Shown here: in pieces, positions 11,310-25,032 of the stretch
Layout: each line of letters starts with the position of its first letter
Position numbering within the stretch: the first letter of the stretch is position 1
NCBI GenBank assembly: GCA_964016885.1
Contig: OZ024741.1
Location: 68,014,001-68,078,000, forward strand
Direction of reading: 5' to 3'
Length of the DNA stretch: 64,000 nucleotides
Source: Eledone cirrhosa
Taxonomy: Eukaryota
The notes under the pieces: model-generated
Told to the model about the DNA's origin: nothing
The model's database searches: none
Seen by the model: the letters and a program-made list of their open reading frames with translations, nothing else
Program-made: the position numbers and the translations under genes

Positions 11310-13655
11310 TATAGGGTTTAAAGTTTTGGAACGAGTGTCGGAAGCGGTGTTGGCAAGTTGCGAACACTTCTGATTTTTTATTAAGGAGATTATGTTTAGA
11401 GAAGATGATAGAATGGGTCTCTAGTAGACAGAGGTTAAAAAATTTATTAGGTGGTTTGTACGATGTTGCACTACCTACCACTTCCCATTTAAGTGTATAT
11501 ATTTTATTTTTAGTTTTTAGATAGTGTATGTAGCTAGATAGTGAAGTGGAGTTGGCTAGACTGTGTTTTTTTGAAAGAGTGGAGGTGCGAATTGTATCTA
11601 GTTTTGAAGCAGTTAGAAGTGGAGCCTATATAGGTTTCAGAAGAGCTGTTAGTTGTGACTGTACATGAGTATATGATATCCTTGGTTAAGCATTTTTTAT
11701 CTAAAGGGCAGGTTCTACTTGATCTACAGTTACAATTACTCTGGGTGCTAGTCTGCCGGTTACTATGCTGTGTAGAAGTTTGGATGTTAGCTATAGGGTT
11801 ATGGTTATGTGGGTTGTGGTACGCAGCGTTAATGTTTACACTAGTGCTATTACTATTATTTCCATTGATATTACGGTTATTTGTTATAATGTTACTTTGA
11901 CTGTTATTTTGAATGTTATTTTGAAGGTTTATCGACCGTTGTGATTTAGTTTGTTGGAAGTAAGAATTAATTTTTCTTTTATTTGTACTAGCTATGTGGT
12001 ATGCTAAGTTAGCCGTAGTAGAGTATGAGATCTTAATAGTGTTTTTGTTTAAAAGGCCGTGATACCTGTGGCCGGATGGGAAGTGTTTATCTAGTAGTGA
12101 GAAGAAAGCCCTTGGAAGGTTGGTAGAGACGTTTAAATTGAAAGGAGGATTGAAAAAAGTATTATTTCTTCTTCTATTTCTGTTTTTTATGTCTGGTGAT
12201 TTGTTTCCTTTAATGTTCCTATGGTCATTTCTGTGGTGCGGGTTACTTTTGTTGTTACAATCCCTATTAGTGTGTGTGCAGTTGCTATTCCTATTATTAA
12301 ATTTTCCCATGGACATGTTGTGTGAAATGATGTTGTAGCTATGTGTTTTTGTAGGTAGGAATTCTATCCCTGTATTATGGCCTGATCTAGCTAATGCCTG
12401 ATTATAATACTGCGAGTTATTGTTAAATGTGTTTATGTCATAGGATAGATTAGAGATTCTATTAGATACTCCCTTAGAGATAGAGTTCAATATAGATTTA
12501 GGGTGGTTAGACTTGGTATCTACGTAGATGAGTTTTTCATTAGGTTTGTGGAAAGGTGCATATATCATTGAGTCTAAGTAGAGTGTGGCGTCTAGGAAGT
12601 TAACGTTTTTGGTGTTTTTGTCCATGGTAATACTAAGGTTAAAGTTTTTGAATGTTTTGTGCAATAGTTTTCTAGTCCTTTCTATATTGAATTTTTTATA
12701 GTCTATAAGTAGAAGTGCATCGTCGCGATACAAACCACCGCTGAGGTACGGAAGTTCCCTGTGGATTAGGTTAAGTAAGTATAGGCCAACTAAATCAGTG
12801 ACCTGCGCCGAGTCACTAGACCCCCATTGTAATGTCGAAGTTGTTTTGCGTATCCTTGCGGGTCCATAATTGGTCTTCAAAGGTGATTATTGTTTTACGG
12901 GCCGCAAGTATGACATCAATCTGGGGTCTAGTCAAGTCGCTATTGTCCATGGCCATTATAAGTGCCTTATTTAGTAGGATAGGGGAAATAGAGGTGTAGT
13001 AAGAGTTGATATCAAATTGAATAAATTTTTTATCCTTGTTATCTATGATATTTTTGAACCATTCAATCACTTCACCCGTATTTCCCCATTGTTTAAGGTA
13101 AATCTTGTGTTTAATCTGTGGGATGATTTTGTCTCGGATTTTTTTACTGATAATGCCAATGTCAGACCTGGAGGGGCAGATTAGTCTAATCGAGGGGTTG
13201 CTAATGAAGTCTACCTTATGGTCCTTCAGAGAGAATCTAGGGGGGTTTGGGGTGTAAGGTTGTGTATGTCTCTGGAGCCCTAGTTTGGATACTATATTAT
13301 AGCCTTCCATATTAATATCTTCTAAGATTTTCATAGTGGTTTTCTTGTAGCTTTTATGTAGTTCATTATATATAAACTTTCTATACGTATTATAATCTAG
13401 GCTGTATATGTTATTAGTTTTGTCGGCATGTACAAAAATTGTACTACTAGTTTTGAAGTCATTAATAGAGGTGCTAAGTTTGTTTAAGAAGGTGTTGTTT
13501 TTATTATGGTGTTTTTTGTATTTAATGTTTTTAACTAGTTTAATTAGGTCGTTTTCGAAGTGGTTTAGTAGTGTGTTATGAGGGGGGCTTCTAAATGTTT
13601 TAAAGCCGAAGGAGTCAAATTTGTTGGTGTTATTATCCTTGCCAGATTTGTTTCT
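11310..13655 (-). pseudogene. PLE reverse transcriptase-GIY-YIG endonuclease, frameshifted (~12820, ~11570)
   Basis: ADKTNNIY, LKDHK, FIQFDINSYYTSI, ITMG/SSDSAQVTDLVGLYLL, GLYRDDAL, CNCRxxxxCPLxxxCL, IIYSC...YIGST...RY and LNKKSEVFATCQHR, which resemble the Naiad clade. Confidence 0.88.
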
Positions 13656-13718
13656 CTCTATATATATATATATATGTATATATATATACACACATGTATA
13701 TATATATATATATATATA

Positions 13719-14170
13719 CTAGCAGAGGTACCCGGCGTTGCTCGGATATTAAATAGCAGTTGTGTATACCATTTATGTCAATACTTCAGTGCTGCTTCGA
13801 AAACTATACTTTTACAAAATCATCGGCTTTTTCCAAAAGGGAGTTCCTGCCCCCAAGGGTCCCCTACCCAATATGTGCCAATTCTGAGAGTTCACATTCA
13901 TCTGTAGGACAAACGCAGCCCATGTGTCAAGTTTTGTGAAAATCGGTTGCGAACTCCAGAAGTTATGACGTTTTGTTGCATGGCACTGCAGTGCTTCAGT
14001 CGACTCCAAGGAAGTGGTTAAAGTGGTTAAAGGGGTAATCTGCCGGGGATCCCTATAATCAATATCTGGAAAAATGACAGTGCCCATGACCATCCGGAGT
14101 ACATAACTAACCTATGTCTTAAGTTTGGTGAAAATACTGTAGAAATGCATAAGGTTTATACATACGTGTG
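13719..14170 (-). mobile_element. Non-autonomous Helitron, 3' end
   Basis: Minus strand ends CCGAGCAACGCCGGG (hairpin)-TACCTCTG-CTAG|T. Internal repeats AAGTTT(T/G)GTGAAAAT. Confidence 0.7.
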
Positions 14171-14329
14171 CGTTCGTGTGTGTGTGTACCACCGGATATC
14201 GTGGATATTTTAATCCTAACAGAGTGGATCCGCCTCCAGGTTTGAACACAGCTGATTTCTCCCCAGAGAAGGAAAGGGAGAGAGTATGGAAGTGGAAGTT
14301 AGAAAGAGATGTGGCGGAAGAATGGACAG

Positions 14330-14465
14330 TACTACTGAATTGGTACGTTTTTCATCGACATCGAAAGGATGAAAGGAAAAGCTGGCACAGTGAGATTTAA
14401 ACTCAGAGCGCAGAGGGCTGGAATGAATGCTGCAAAGCATTCTATGACACCATTTGTCGACTGCC
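14330..14465 (-). mobile_element. Diverged tRNA-derived SINE
   Basis: ATCGAC...AAGGATGAAAGG...TTTAAACTCAGA resembles the other copies. Confidence 0.6.
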
Positions 14466-14878
14466 AAAATATACATATATACACATACTTTTACGCTACT
14501 GATTTCTCTGATCAACTACGACCACATCTACCCTTATCGATTTCGATCTTCCTTTTATTCAGCTCCCCTCCACTCAGAAATCTTAGCACTCCACCAAAAC
14601 GACTACCATTCATGCGCATCATGTGTACATTTGATTCTTATTATGCCCAGTTTTCCTCTTCATTAGTTCGTGCTTCATTGTTCATACAGTTCTAAGATTT
14701 CACGTCTCACTAAAATACATCATTGCAATTCGGAGGCAAGCATCATACAACCTAGCATTTACTCGAAAAGGAAATCCATTGATTTTACCTTTAAACTCGT
14801 CAATATATCATCCAGTATAGGTAAATTCCTATAGGTAAATTTTAAGGTATTAAAATGGAACAAAGCTATTTTATTCGT

Positions 14879-14922
<44 letters not shown>

Positions 14923-14954
14923 CATATAAATATATATATATATATACATCTATA

Positions 14955-15027
<73 letters not shown>

Positions 15028-15032
<5 letters not shown>

Positions 15033-15829
15033 AAGGACGTAAAATAAGAAAATATTTTTTTTAAAAAATTTAAAAAAAATTTTTTTCTTACTTAAATTTT
15101 CACTCCAACTAATTAGTTTCTGCAATGGGATAAAGACAGTTACGTAATCCAACTGTCGAGAATTCATTGCGTCATCAGGGAGTCTATTCTCAGTTAAGTC
15201 TCCAGGCAATGCGCGGACACTGGCGGCTCATATAAAAATAATAATAATTCGGTAGATCGAACAGCTTGCGAGGACTGGATTCTATGTACCGAAATTCTCA
15301 CTGCTTCAAGTCAAATGGCCGATTCTAAAGAATCAATCACGTGACACAGAGGCTAGTTAGAAGGAATGGGATGGTAAGATGACTGACGCCTACTAACACC
15401 CCAAAAAAAATTTTTTTAGAAGTGGTTTTGACAAGTTTGCTCGACAAATCAGTGATTTGGAGATAAATATAGATAATTTAATATATCAACTAACATAAGC
15501 GCACAGATGCACGCCCATGCCAGCAAATACACAGGTTATGTCATAGTACCTAGGTGGTTCAATGCAGGAGAATGCAGAACAATAATATAAAGGACGTAAA
15601 ATAAGAAAATATTTTTTTAAAAAAATTAAAAAAAAATTTGGAGTGAAAATTTAAGTAAGAAAAAAATTTTTTTTAAATTTTTTTAAAAAAATATTTTCTT
15701 ATTTTACGTCCTTTATATTATTGTTCTGCATTCTCCTGCATTGAACCACCTAGGTACTATGACATAACCTGTGTATTTGCTGGCATGGGCGTGCATCTGT
15801 GCGCTTATGTTAGTTGATATATTAAATTA

Positions 15830-15832
<3 letters not shown>
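15028..15832. mobile_element. TA-flanked element with direct and inverted terminal duplications (PLE-like architecture)
   Basis: 15028-15085 is repeated directly at 15586-15640. 15640-15832 is inverted relative to 15085-15107 and 15470-15640. Confidence 0.65.
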
Positions 15833-16295
<463 letters not shown>

Positions 16296-16593
16296 ATAGA
16301 ATGCTGTAGTTTGCTTAAAGCATATAATGTAGAAAATATGTTAAAGAAGGCTAATGAAGAATTAGAAATTCCCTTTCTCGGAGTATGGGGAACTTTCAGA
16401 GCAAAACATTAGATTGAAATTTGAAATTTAGAAACCGCTTTCAAGCGTTGTGTTTGACGTTTAAAGCAGGAGGATGACGTAAATTGCCGTATGTAGCAGG
16501 TTGCCCAGTCGGTGTTCACGGATATGATCGGCAAATCTGCCCACCAAACGACAGCCGAGTTGACCTATATAGACATAACCTGTACCGGATCCC

Positions 16594-16625
<32 letters not shown>

Positions 16626-16654
16626 CGCTCTTTGTATGTTAGTCTCTCTCTTTC

Positions 16655-16695
<41 letters not shown>

Positions 16696-16790
16696 CAATA
16701 TATATATATACAATATATATATATATATATATATACAATATATACAATATATATATACAATATATACAATATGTATATATATATATATAC

Positions 16791-16885
16791 AACGAAGGAA
16801 TTGTGGTAAAGAACCAGGTGGACCATAACGCAGCAGAGTACTCGATAATAAATATAGAATCGAGTACTCTGGTGCGTTATGGTAC
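16791..16885. mobile_element. Family A mini-foldback
   Basis: AACGAAGGAATTGTGG...GAGTACTCGA/TCGAGTACTCTGGTGCGTTATGG. Confidence 0.7.
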
Positions 16886-17092
16886 CCCATCCCCCACCCC
16901 CCACTCTCAAGCGAGAAACTAATATTAACATTTGTACTGCCTCTTCGCCTCCAGGTTGTTGTTTTTTTAGTTTTTTTGTTTACTGCCTCAACTATAAAAT
17001 ATATATATATATACACATATATATATATATTGATGGATAGATAGATAAATCTGTATGCATACATACATAAATATAATTATATATAATCATAG

Positions 17093-17176
<84 letters not shown>

Positions 17177-17193
17177 ACACACACACACACACA

Positions 17194-17226
<33 letters not shown>

Positions 17227-17392
17227 TACCTCCTTTTTTTCTGGAGGTATTGTCAAATTAGGGCCTTGAAACCTTTGTTACGTGTATCAACATAAATAAA
17301 GGATATATTTCTGCTCTCTCTCCGATTGAGCACTGTTTTCCTATGGATATTGCTAAAATACATACTTAGATATATATATATATATATATATG

Positions 17393-18489
17393 AAAAGTGT
17401 AATTTTCTACACAAAACGAAGGTTATAGAGAAAATTGAGGTTGGTAATGGCACATGGAATATATAAGAGACAGAATACTTTTTTGTGAAAAAACATAATT
17501 TTATAAGGTAAGGAAATAATAAAGGGTATAAAAAATGACCGGTTTCGATGGGTCTGCAAAAGCCATCTTTTCAAATGTTGATTAATATTAAGAAAAATTA
17601 ATAATACGAAGAGTTAAAATTTGAGACTTGAAAATTCAAGTATAAAATTCATTGTGGGATTTCATAGCAGTTTTCATCTAGGTAGCAACAACAGGTTGAC
17701 TGCTGTGTCCCTTTCTGGTAGTGAATGAGAAGTTATTTGGGGTGTGGGTTATTTTATAAAGGTCAGATTTAGCAATCGCCAGCTGCTGGTCAGTGAGGGG
17801 TGGAAGCAATATACACACACATATATCTTCCTGTGATGGGTAGGAGAGTGGAGCGTGATAGAAAAGGATTTAGTGCACTTACACCCATATATACACACAT
17901 ACAGACGGGCACCTCATTACGCAAAAGAATGACCATCCACCGCCAACAAATCCGGGACGCTAACACAAGAAAAATCCCCTTGAGCAGCCATATTGCGAAC
18001 TGCGCAGGAATGACACTACCCAACTTTAAAATCTTCCCCTTCTACAAGTGCTCAGATTCGTTCACACAACAACAAAGAATAAACAAAGAAAATCTATTCC
18101 TTAACAAATTTAAACCAAAACTAAACGGGTTATCACCCCAATAGAATTGTCATAAAATATAAACACACATACGCACGGAATCACTACTATTAAAGACCAG
18201 AGACCAATTCTGTAGAATCAGGTTTATTCATTGACAGACCATGCCTTTGTGTGACCAACACATCCATGTTAAACCCTGCACGTGCACACACATGTATCTA
18301 TATATATATGCGCACACAGAATTATTTTAATTTCACTGCCCCAACTTCTTATATTATGGAAAAAATATATGTGTCTGTATGTATATATATATATATATAT
18401 ATTTGAAGGCCATTTCTCTGTGTGTGGGTGTATGTATGTGTGTGTGTGTGTGTGTGTGAGTATGTGTGTGCATGTGGATGTATGTATTG

Positions 18490-18530
<41 letters not shown>

Positions 18531-18619
18531 GGGTATCTGGATGTATGCGTATGTGTATATATATATATATATATGCATGTGTGTGTGTGTGTGTGTATAT
18601 ATATGTGTGTGTATGTGTG

Positions 18620-18650
<31 letters not shown>

Positions 18651-18704
18651 ATGTTTGTATGTGTGTATGTATATATATATGTGTGTGTGTATGTATGTGT
18701 GGGG

Positions 18705-18792
<88 letters not shown>

Positions 18793-18835
18793 ATGTATGT
18801 GTGTATCTGGATGTATGTGTATGTATATATATATA

Positions 18836-18888
<53 letters not shown>

Positions 18889-18961
18889 ATGTGTATATAT
18901 ATATGTGTGTGTGTGTGTGTATGTGTGTATGTATATGTATGTGTGTGTGTATGTATGTGTG

Positions 18962-19000
<39 letters not shown>

Positions 19001-19503
19001 GTATATGTATGTATGTGTGGATGAAGGTATGTGTGTATATATGGGTGTAAGTGCACTAAATCCTTTTCTATCACGCTCCACTCTCCTACCCATCACAGGA
19101 AGATATATGTGTGTGTATATTGCTTCCACCCCCTCACTGACCAGCAGCTGGCGATTGCTAAATCTGACCTTTATAAAATAACCCACACCCCAAATAACTT
19201 CTCATTCACTACCAGAAAGGGACACAGCAGTCAACCTGTTGTTGCTACCTAGATGAAAACTGCTATGAAATCCCACAATGAATTTTATACTTGAATTTTC
19301 AAGTCTCAAATTTTAACTCTTCGTATTATTAATTTTTCTTAATATTAATCAACATTTGAAAAGATGGCTTTTGCAGACCCATCGAAACCGGTCATTTTTT
19401 ATACCCTTTATTATTTCCTTACCTTATAAAATTATGTTTTTTCACAAAAAAGTATTCTGTCTCTTATATATTCCATGTGCCATTACCAACCTCAATTTTC
19501 TCT
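17393..19503 (+). mobile_element. PLE 3' end with inverted 5' duplication
   Basis: 17427-17900 is the reverse complement of 19028-19503. 17900-18144 encodes a GIY-YIG C-terminus (QTGTSLRKRMTIHR...ENLFLNKFKPKLN). Confidence 0.8.
19351..19398 (+). ncRNA. Hammerhead-like motif with U3-A8 core (inverted copy at 17532-17579)
   Basis: TTGAAAA-GATGG/CCATC-GAAA-CCGG-TC, with weak stem I. Confidence 0.6.
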
Positions 19504-19528
19504 CTCTCTATATATATATATATATATA

Positions 19529-20052
19529 AATAGAGGTGTGACACACGAGTTGTGATATATTAGTAAAAAGGAAAAGAAAATGCTGACAAATTTTTCCCAG
19601 TGAAAAATAGTTTAATTAGGAATAAGTATAAATTAGTAATAAGTATTGGTTAGTATTCAGTTTTAGTTTTAAGTTTTTACCGGTTGCGCATTTCTAATGC
19701 TTTTCAAAAATAATTTTGAGATAGAGTGTCCGTGCTGTTTGCTCTGATCTGATTAGTTTTGGAAATTCTTCCTGTTTTATGTGAAAAAAGTGGCTCCAGA
19801 GGTATTATGATTTGGTTGGTTGTTGAATGTCACGTGAATAAGTACTATAAATTTCGCACCAATTCGTGTTGCAAAATTTCTTGTAGTCAAAACAATTTTG
19901 ATTGGTCGGTAGAGCTCACGTGAATGTTAAAAATTGATTTTAGCACGAACTGGTTTGGCGCCAAATGTAGGTTTGTCGAAGAGTGTCCTTTTTCGCTTGA
20001 TTGAGTTGCAGATATGTTGAGAAGTCACTGAAAAACATGTCTATTAAGACAA

Positions 20053-20096
<44 letters not shown>

Positions 20097-21945
20097 TAAA
20101 GAGGTTCATTGTTGTGATAATGGTCAGTAGGGATGTGTGTGTGTGAGTTGCAGTCTTGTTGAAAGGTCAACAGTTCAGGTGTCTATTAAGACAAATATGT
20201 GCGCGTGAGTGTGTGTGTGTGTGTGTGTATGTGCGTGTGTGAGGGGGGTAGCAGAGTGGTTCCTGGTAGAGGGAAGGAATCGGTCAGTAGGGATGTGTGT
20301 GTACGTGTGTATTTTAACATGTTGAAACATTTTTCAGCTCTTGTCTTATATGGAGAAGTGTGTATGCGTGTCTGTGTGTGTGTATGTCTGTTTGTATGTT
20401 AGTGTACGCGTGTGTATGTGTGTGTATGTGTGTGTATGTGTGTCTGTGTGTGTGTATGTTTGTGTGTGTGTGTGGATGGACCAGTATTTTTGTGATACTG
20501 GTAAAAATGGTGTACATTATTCGATATTTTCTGTCATTTACAAAAACGATTCTCTCAAAAGAACATCAAAAACATCAATAATAAAAGAGGTGAAATGATG
20601 TATAGTGTTGTCATAACTCCAAGCAATATCTTCCTTTCAATTCTTGCCACTCTAGACACGTTAAAATTAATGTTCCCTACAACTTAGCCAAGAGAATCTG
20701 TACTATAGTCTCCAATAAAAACACCTGTTACTTACGGCTACAAGGACTAAAGGACACACTCATAAGCAGGGATTACCCTGCATCACTAATTGACAATGGA
20801 ATCCAACGTGCCCTAAAACTCAGTACCCAGGACCTTAGACACCCTAAAGTAAATCAACCGAAACTAAAAGCTCTTCCATATATCTCCACGCACTACCCCC
20901 TCAACAATGAGGCCTTTGACACTATCCTCCAGAACATCCCTGTGTTAAAAAAGGACCATAGAATGAACCAAATCCTACGAACACACGATATCATAAAGAG
21001 CAAAAGACAATCTAAGTCAACGAAAAACATCCTAACACATGCCAAAGTACTGCCAACAACAACAACGAAACCTACAGTAAAAAAATGCGATAGACCCAAC
21101 TGTGGCATATGCATGAACCTAATAGAGGGTTCGGAATTCTATTTCAAAGAAGGACAACGTTTTATAGTAAAACACAATTTCACATGCGCATCAGAAAATC
21201 TAATATATGTATTAACTGGCTCAGGTTGTCGAGAACAATACATAGGCCAGACTAAGAGCAGCCTCCGCCAACGCATGACTGTCCATAGATCCCGAATTAA
21301 AATACGGGAAAACAGAAAAATACCACTGAGTGAACACATTGATACCTGTGCCGCCCAAAATCATCCCAACTTTAGAATCTTTCCCCTCTACAAATTTAAA
21401 GATACTGCCACCCACACCCAGCGCATCAGCAAGGAATCGCACTTTATTAACAAATACGGACCCCGTCTAAACACTTCTCCCTAAGACGAACCCACACGTC
21501 AACATACATACCTACATCAGCATACATTCTACATACATTTCTATCCACATATAAACACAATGACATACGTAAACACACATGTCCTATGGTGCAACACAAA
21601 TATACACAAATTTGCATACCTTTTGATGTTTATAGATATAAACGTGCCGACACACACACATACACATACGCACCACATGTATTGCACATTGATGGGCATA
21701 TACATATTTGTACACAAGTATCCCATACGGCAGGGCCTAATGAATTCCCCTTGCAGTACGTACAGTCTGGACACTCACACATACCTTGGTGTTATGACAA
21801 CACTATACATCATTTCACCTCTTTTATTATTGATGTTTTTGATGTTCTTTTGAGAGAATCGTTTTTACAAATGACTGAAAATATCGAATAATGTACACCA
21901 TTTTTACCTGTATCACAAAAATACTGGTCCATCCACACACACACA

Positions 21946-21977
<32 letters not shown>

Positions 21978-22198
21978 GACATACACACACACACATACAC
22001 ACGCGTACACTAACATACAAACAGACATACAGACATACACACACACACACACACACACACTTGTCCGTATAAGATAAGAGCTGAAAAATGTTTCAACATG
22101 TTAAAATAACCCCACACACGTTCACACACATTCCTACTGACTGATTCATTCCCTCTACCACGAACCACTCTGCTACACACACACACACACACACAAAC

Positions 22199-22279
<81 letters not shown>

Positions 22280-22773
22280 TTGTCTTAATAGACACCTGAA
22301 CTGTTGACCTTTCAACATGACTGCAACTCAATCAAGCGAAAAAGGACACTCTTCGACAAACCTACATTTGGCGCCAAACCAGTTCGCGCTAAAATCATTT
22401 TTTAACATTCACGTGACCTCTACCGACCAATCAAAATTGTTTTGACTACAAGAATTTTTGCAACACGAATTGCCGTGAAATTTATAGTATTTATTCACGT
22501 GACATTCAACAACCAACCAAATCTTAATACCTCTGGAGCCACTTTTTTCACATAAAACAGGAAGAATTTCCAAAACTGATCAGATTAGAGCAAACATCAC
22601 GAGCGCTCTATCTCAAAATTATTTTTGAAAAGCATTAGAAATGCGCAACCGGTAAAAACTTAAAACTAAAACTGAATACTAACCAATACTTATTACTAAT
22701 TTATACTTATTCCTAATTAAACTATTTTTCACTGGGAACAATTTGTCAGCATTTACTTTTCCTTTTTACTAAT
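19529..22773 (+). mobile_element. PLE 3' half with ~1 kb inverted duplication
   Basis: 19558-20618 is inverted relative to 21790-22773. A hammerhead-like motif TTGAAAA-GCAT/ATGC-GCAA-CCGG-TA lies at 22621-22658, with its mirror near 19675. Confidence 0.8.
20625..21484 (+). pseudogene. PLE RT thumb/linker and GIY-YIG endonuclease (Neptune-like), truncated
   Basis: CDRPNCGIC, FTCASENLIYVL, QYIGQTKSSLRQRMTVH, ESHFINKYGPRLN. Confidence 0.85.
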
Positions 22774-23739
22774 CGTAAACGGACTGTAGTCCGTTTAGTA
22801 ATATTGTTGTTGTCGTGTTTTCGTTGGCAATCGTCTGTTTACGACAGTACAGCGCGGCTCTACTTTATTTAACTGAGATAAAACTTATATCAGCATGAAC
22901 AGTAGATCATTACGCATCTTTTGGCTTAAAAATCTAGAAATTTGGTCCAGCGGGAAAAAGTTTATAATCAAAGTTTGCTGATAAATCTTGTGTTCAAGTG
23001 AGTGAGTAGTAAGTGTGACGCTAGGGGAGGTAATCCAGAAATGACGAATTTTTTTCGGCGGAACTCTTGTGATTGTGATTACGTTAGTCAAATGTAGTCA
23101 AATCGCCGAATCCCCTCCTCCTAATTGACTACGTCATTTCTGAACGGCCCTACTTGCGTCAGTGTGAAACATTACTTCACTTTTCACTGCTAAAATGCTT
23201 TAAAAATTTATGTTTATTATCAAAGCTATTTTGTGTACCAATCTATCAATAGTTTGCGAAAATATAGGTAAACATGTGAGTTAAATTTTTTTTAATCGCA
23301 TCGATCGCTTTGTCGCACCGACTGTGACACTGTCTGACTGACACCTTTGTCGGACCGACACCTTTGTTCAAGCGGACAACTTTGTGTCACTGACACCTTT
23401 GTTCGTGCCGGCATCTCTGCGAAACACCGATGACAACAACCAGACCAAAATTTCCCTTCATTCTTCATTCTTCTTCAAGACCGATCGCCGACCGATCGTA
23501 TCGGTTGCTCTTCATATACCAGGTATTCAACAGATAGTTTGCACTTCTAGTATTATTAACAGTCGTGCGATTTTTTGTACCGATAGGTGCGAATAGTGCG
23601 CTATATTTTTGTACCGATAGGTGCGAATAGTGCGATAGGTGCGAATAGTGTACAATATTTTCTGAGATTTGCATCCACTAATTTCGCTTAATTAAAAATG
23701 ATGTTTCGCGGCTTTTTGATCGGCTTATTCATTTTTTCC

Positions 23740-24514
23740 ATGGCACGGAAATGGAGTATTTCCATTTCGAATCAAAACTTTTCACTAAAATCGGGCAATT
23801 GGACTGATCAAATTCACATTCATGCCAGTTTTTGCAAATCCATAATTAGAAATGTGGCGAAATCGAATGACCAGAAGGTATAAAAATATTAATTCAAATG
23901 TATTTACTTATCATACCAACAAAAATACTTAGATATTTTGTATACCTGGGGCCCGTCAGGGCCAGGTAATGTTAATCCCCAACATTGTTATCTGTTGTCC
24001 TTTTGTGAAAGTATTGGTGATTCATGTCGGCTCTAATGATCTGAATCCTTGTCGCACCGTTGGCACTACAAAGCTGTGCAAAGTAATACAATAATTTTTG
24101 CCCAAGTATTTTTTATTAATCATTTATTTGTAAATTAAGGACAAAGTGCCCATTCGAGGCACAAAACCGGAAAAACAGGGGAAGAGTCTCTTTGCAAGGC
24201 TACAGAAAATAGCGGAAAAGCACCACTGTACACCCATTTTCTACAGTGGTGTCATTGCACGGCCACAAAGTGTAATTGAAAATAAAAATGACTTGGGCAA
24301 GAGAAATTCTCGTTTGGAAAAGTTTAATTACTGCATGAAAGAAATGATTCAAAAATTGAACTTGCCCAATCTTCACAACATTGAAAATTGGTCAAAATTT
24401 GACAAATCTGACTTCAAACCAGATATGATTCATTTGAACAATGTTGGAAATCTTAAATTGACACAAATTTTTGCCAATGTTTTGCCACCTGATCCTTGTT
24501 CTATGGCTGACTGA
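23740..24514 (+). CDS. Predicted 3-exon SGNH/GDSL hydrolase-like protein, ~220 aa
   Basis: Exons 23740-23877, 23933-24082 and 24140-24514 joined by phase-0 GT-AG introns of 55 and 57 nt. Blocks KSIIRN (I, atypical), IPGA (II), IHVGSNDL (III), DMIHLNNVG (V). AATAAA near 24529. Confidence 0.72.
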
Positions 24515-24672
24515 CTAATTTTGTGACTTAATAAAATGTCATCATACTAGTAATGCACAATGGTCATTTTTAAATTTAAATTTTATTAAATAGTTGTTGC
24601 TTGCATTGCCTTAAAATAGTAACAAGAATGTACACATACTTTTTAAAAATACATCATTATCAGTCAAATCAG

Positions 24673-25032
24673 TTAAATGTCACTAAAAGCCAGGTGGTCG
24701 ATAACAACTTCTATAAGATTAGTTACATGCTCACACATTGGATCACCTCTCATCAATGGCATTGGGTGTCTGAGATAATCGTGGAGATAACTGATGAAGT
24801 CACAAATGAAGTGATGGTCTTCCAGTGTGAACAACTCCCTATATCCATTGATATATGTGATGGCTTCCGATTCATAGGTGCATTTTATGAGGAATTCCAT
24901 GCATCAGATTTTCAGTGATTCAATGGGCAGTTTATCAGAGATGATAAGGTATTTGACCACGTTTTGCTTTGTAAGTAAATTGGAGAGAATCACTGCAGTC
25001 AAAGTCATTTCTTTGCATGGGTTTTTGTCCAT
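24673..25032 (-). pseudogene. Small BACK-domain-like ORF with one in-frame TGA (24904-24906)
   Basis: MDKNP...LTKQNVVKYLIISDKLPIESLKI*CMEFLIK resembles the post-BTB BACK helices. Possible 43 nt 5'UTR intron 25076-25034. Minus-strand AATAAA near 24585. Confidence 0.45.

Larger units (their letters stand above)
9170..13658 (-). mobile_element. 5'-truncated Naiad-like Penelope-like retroelement in (TA)n
   Basis: RT plus C-terminal GIY-YIG ORF, ~2.1 kb 3' non-coding region with a hammerhead at 9376-9424, TA tracts at both ends. Confidence 0.85.

Noticed and set aside
15165-15305. CTGATGA (minus strand) and a nearby GAAA hairpin as hammerheads
   Set aside because: Could not form stems I-III around a complete core.
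23021-23152. Imperfect inverted ends sharing CAGAAATGACG, as a separate MITE
   Set aside because: Only an 11 bp exact match. It may be a transposon end within the island, but its boundaries are unsupported.
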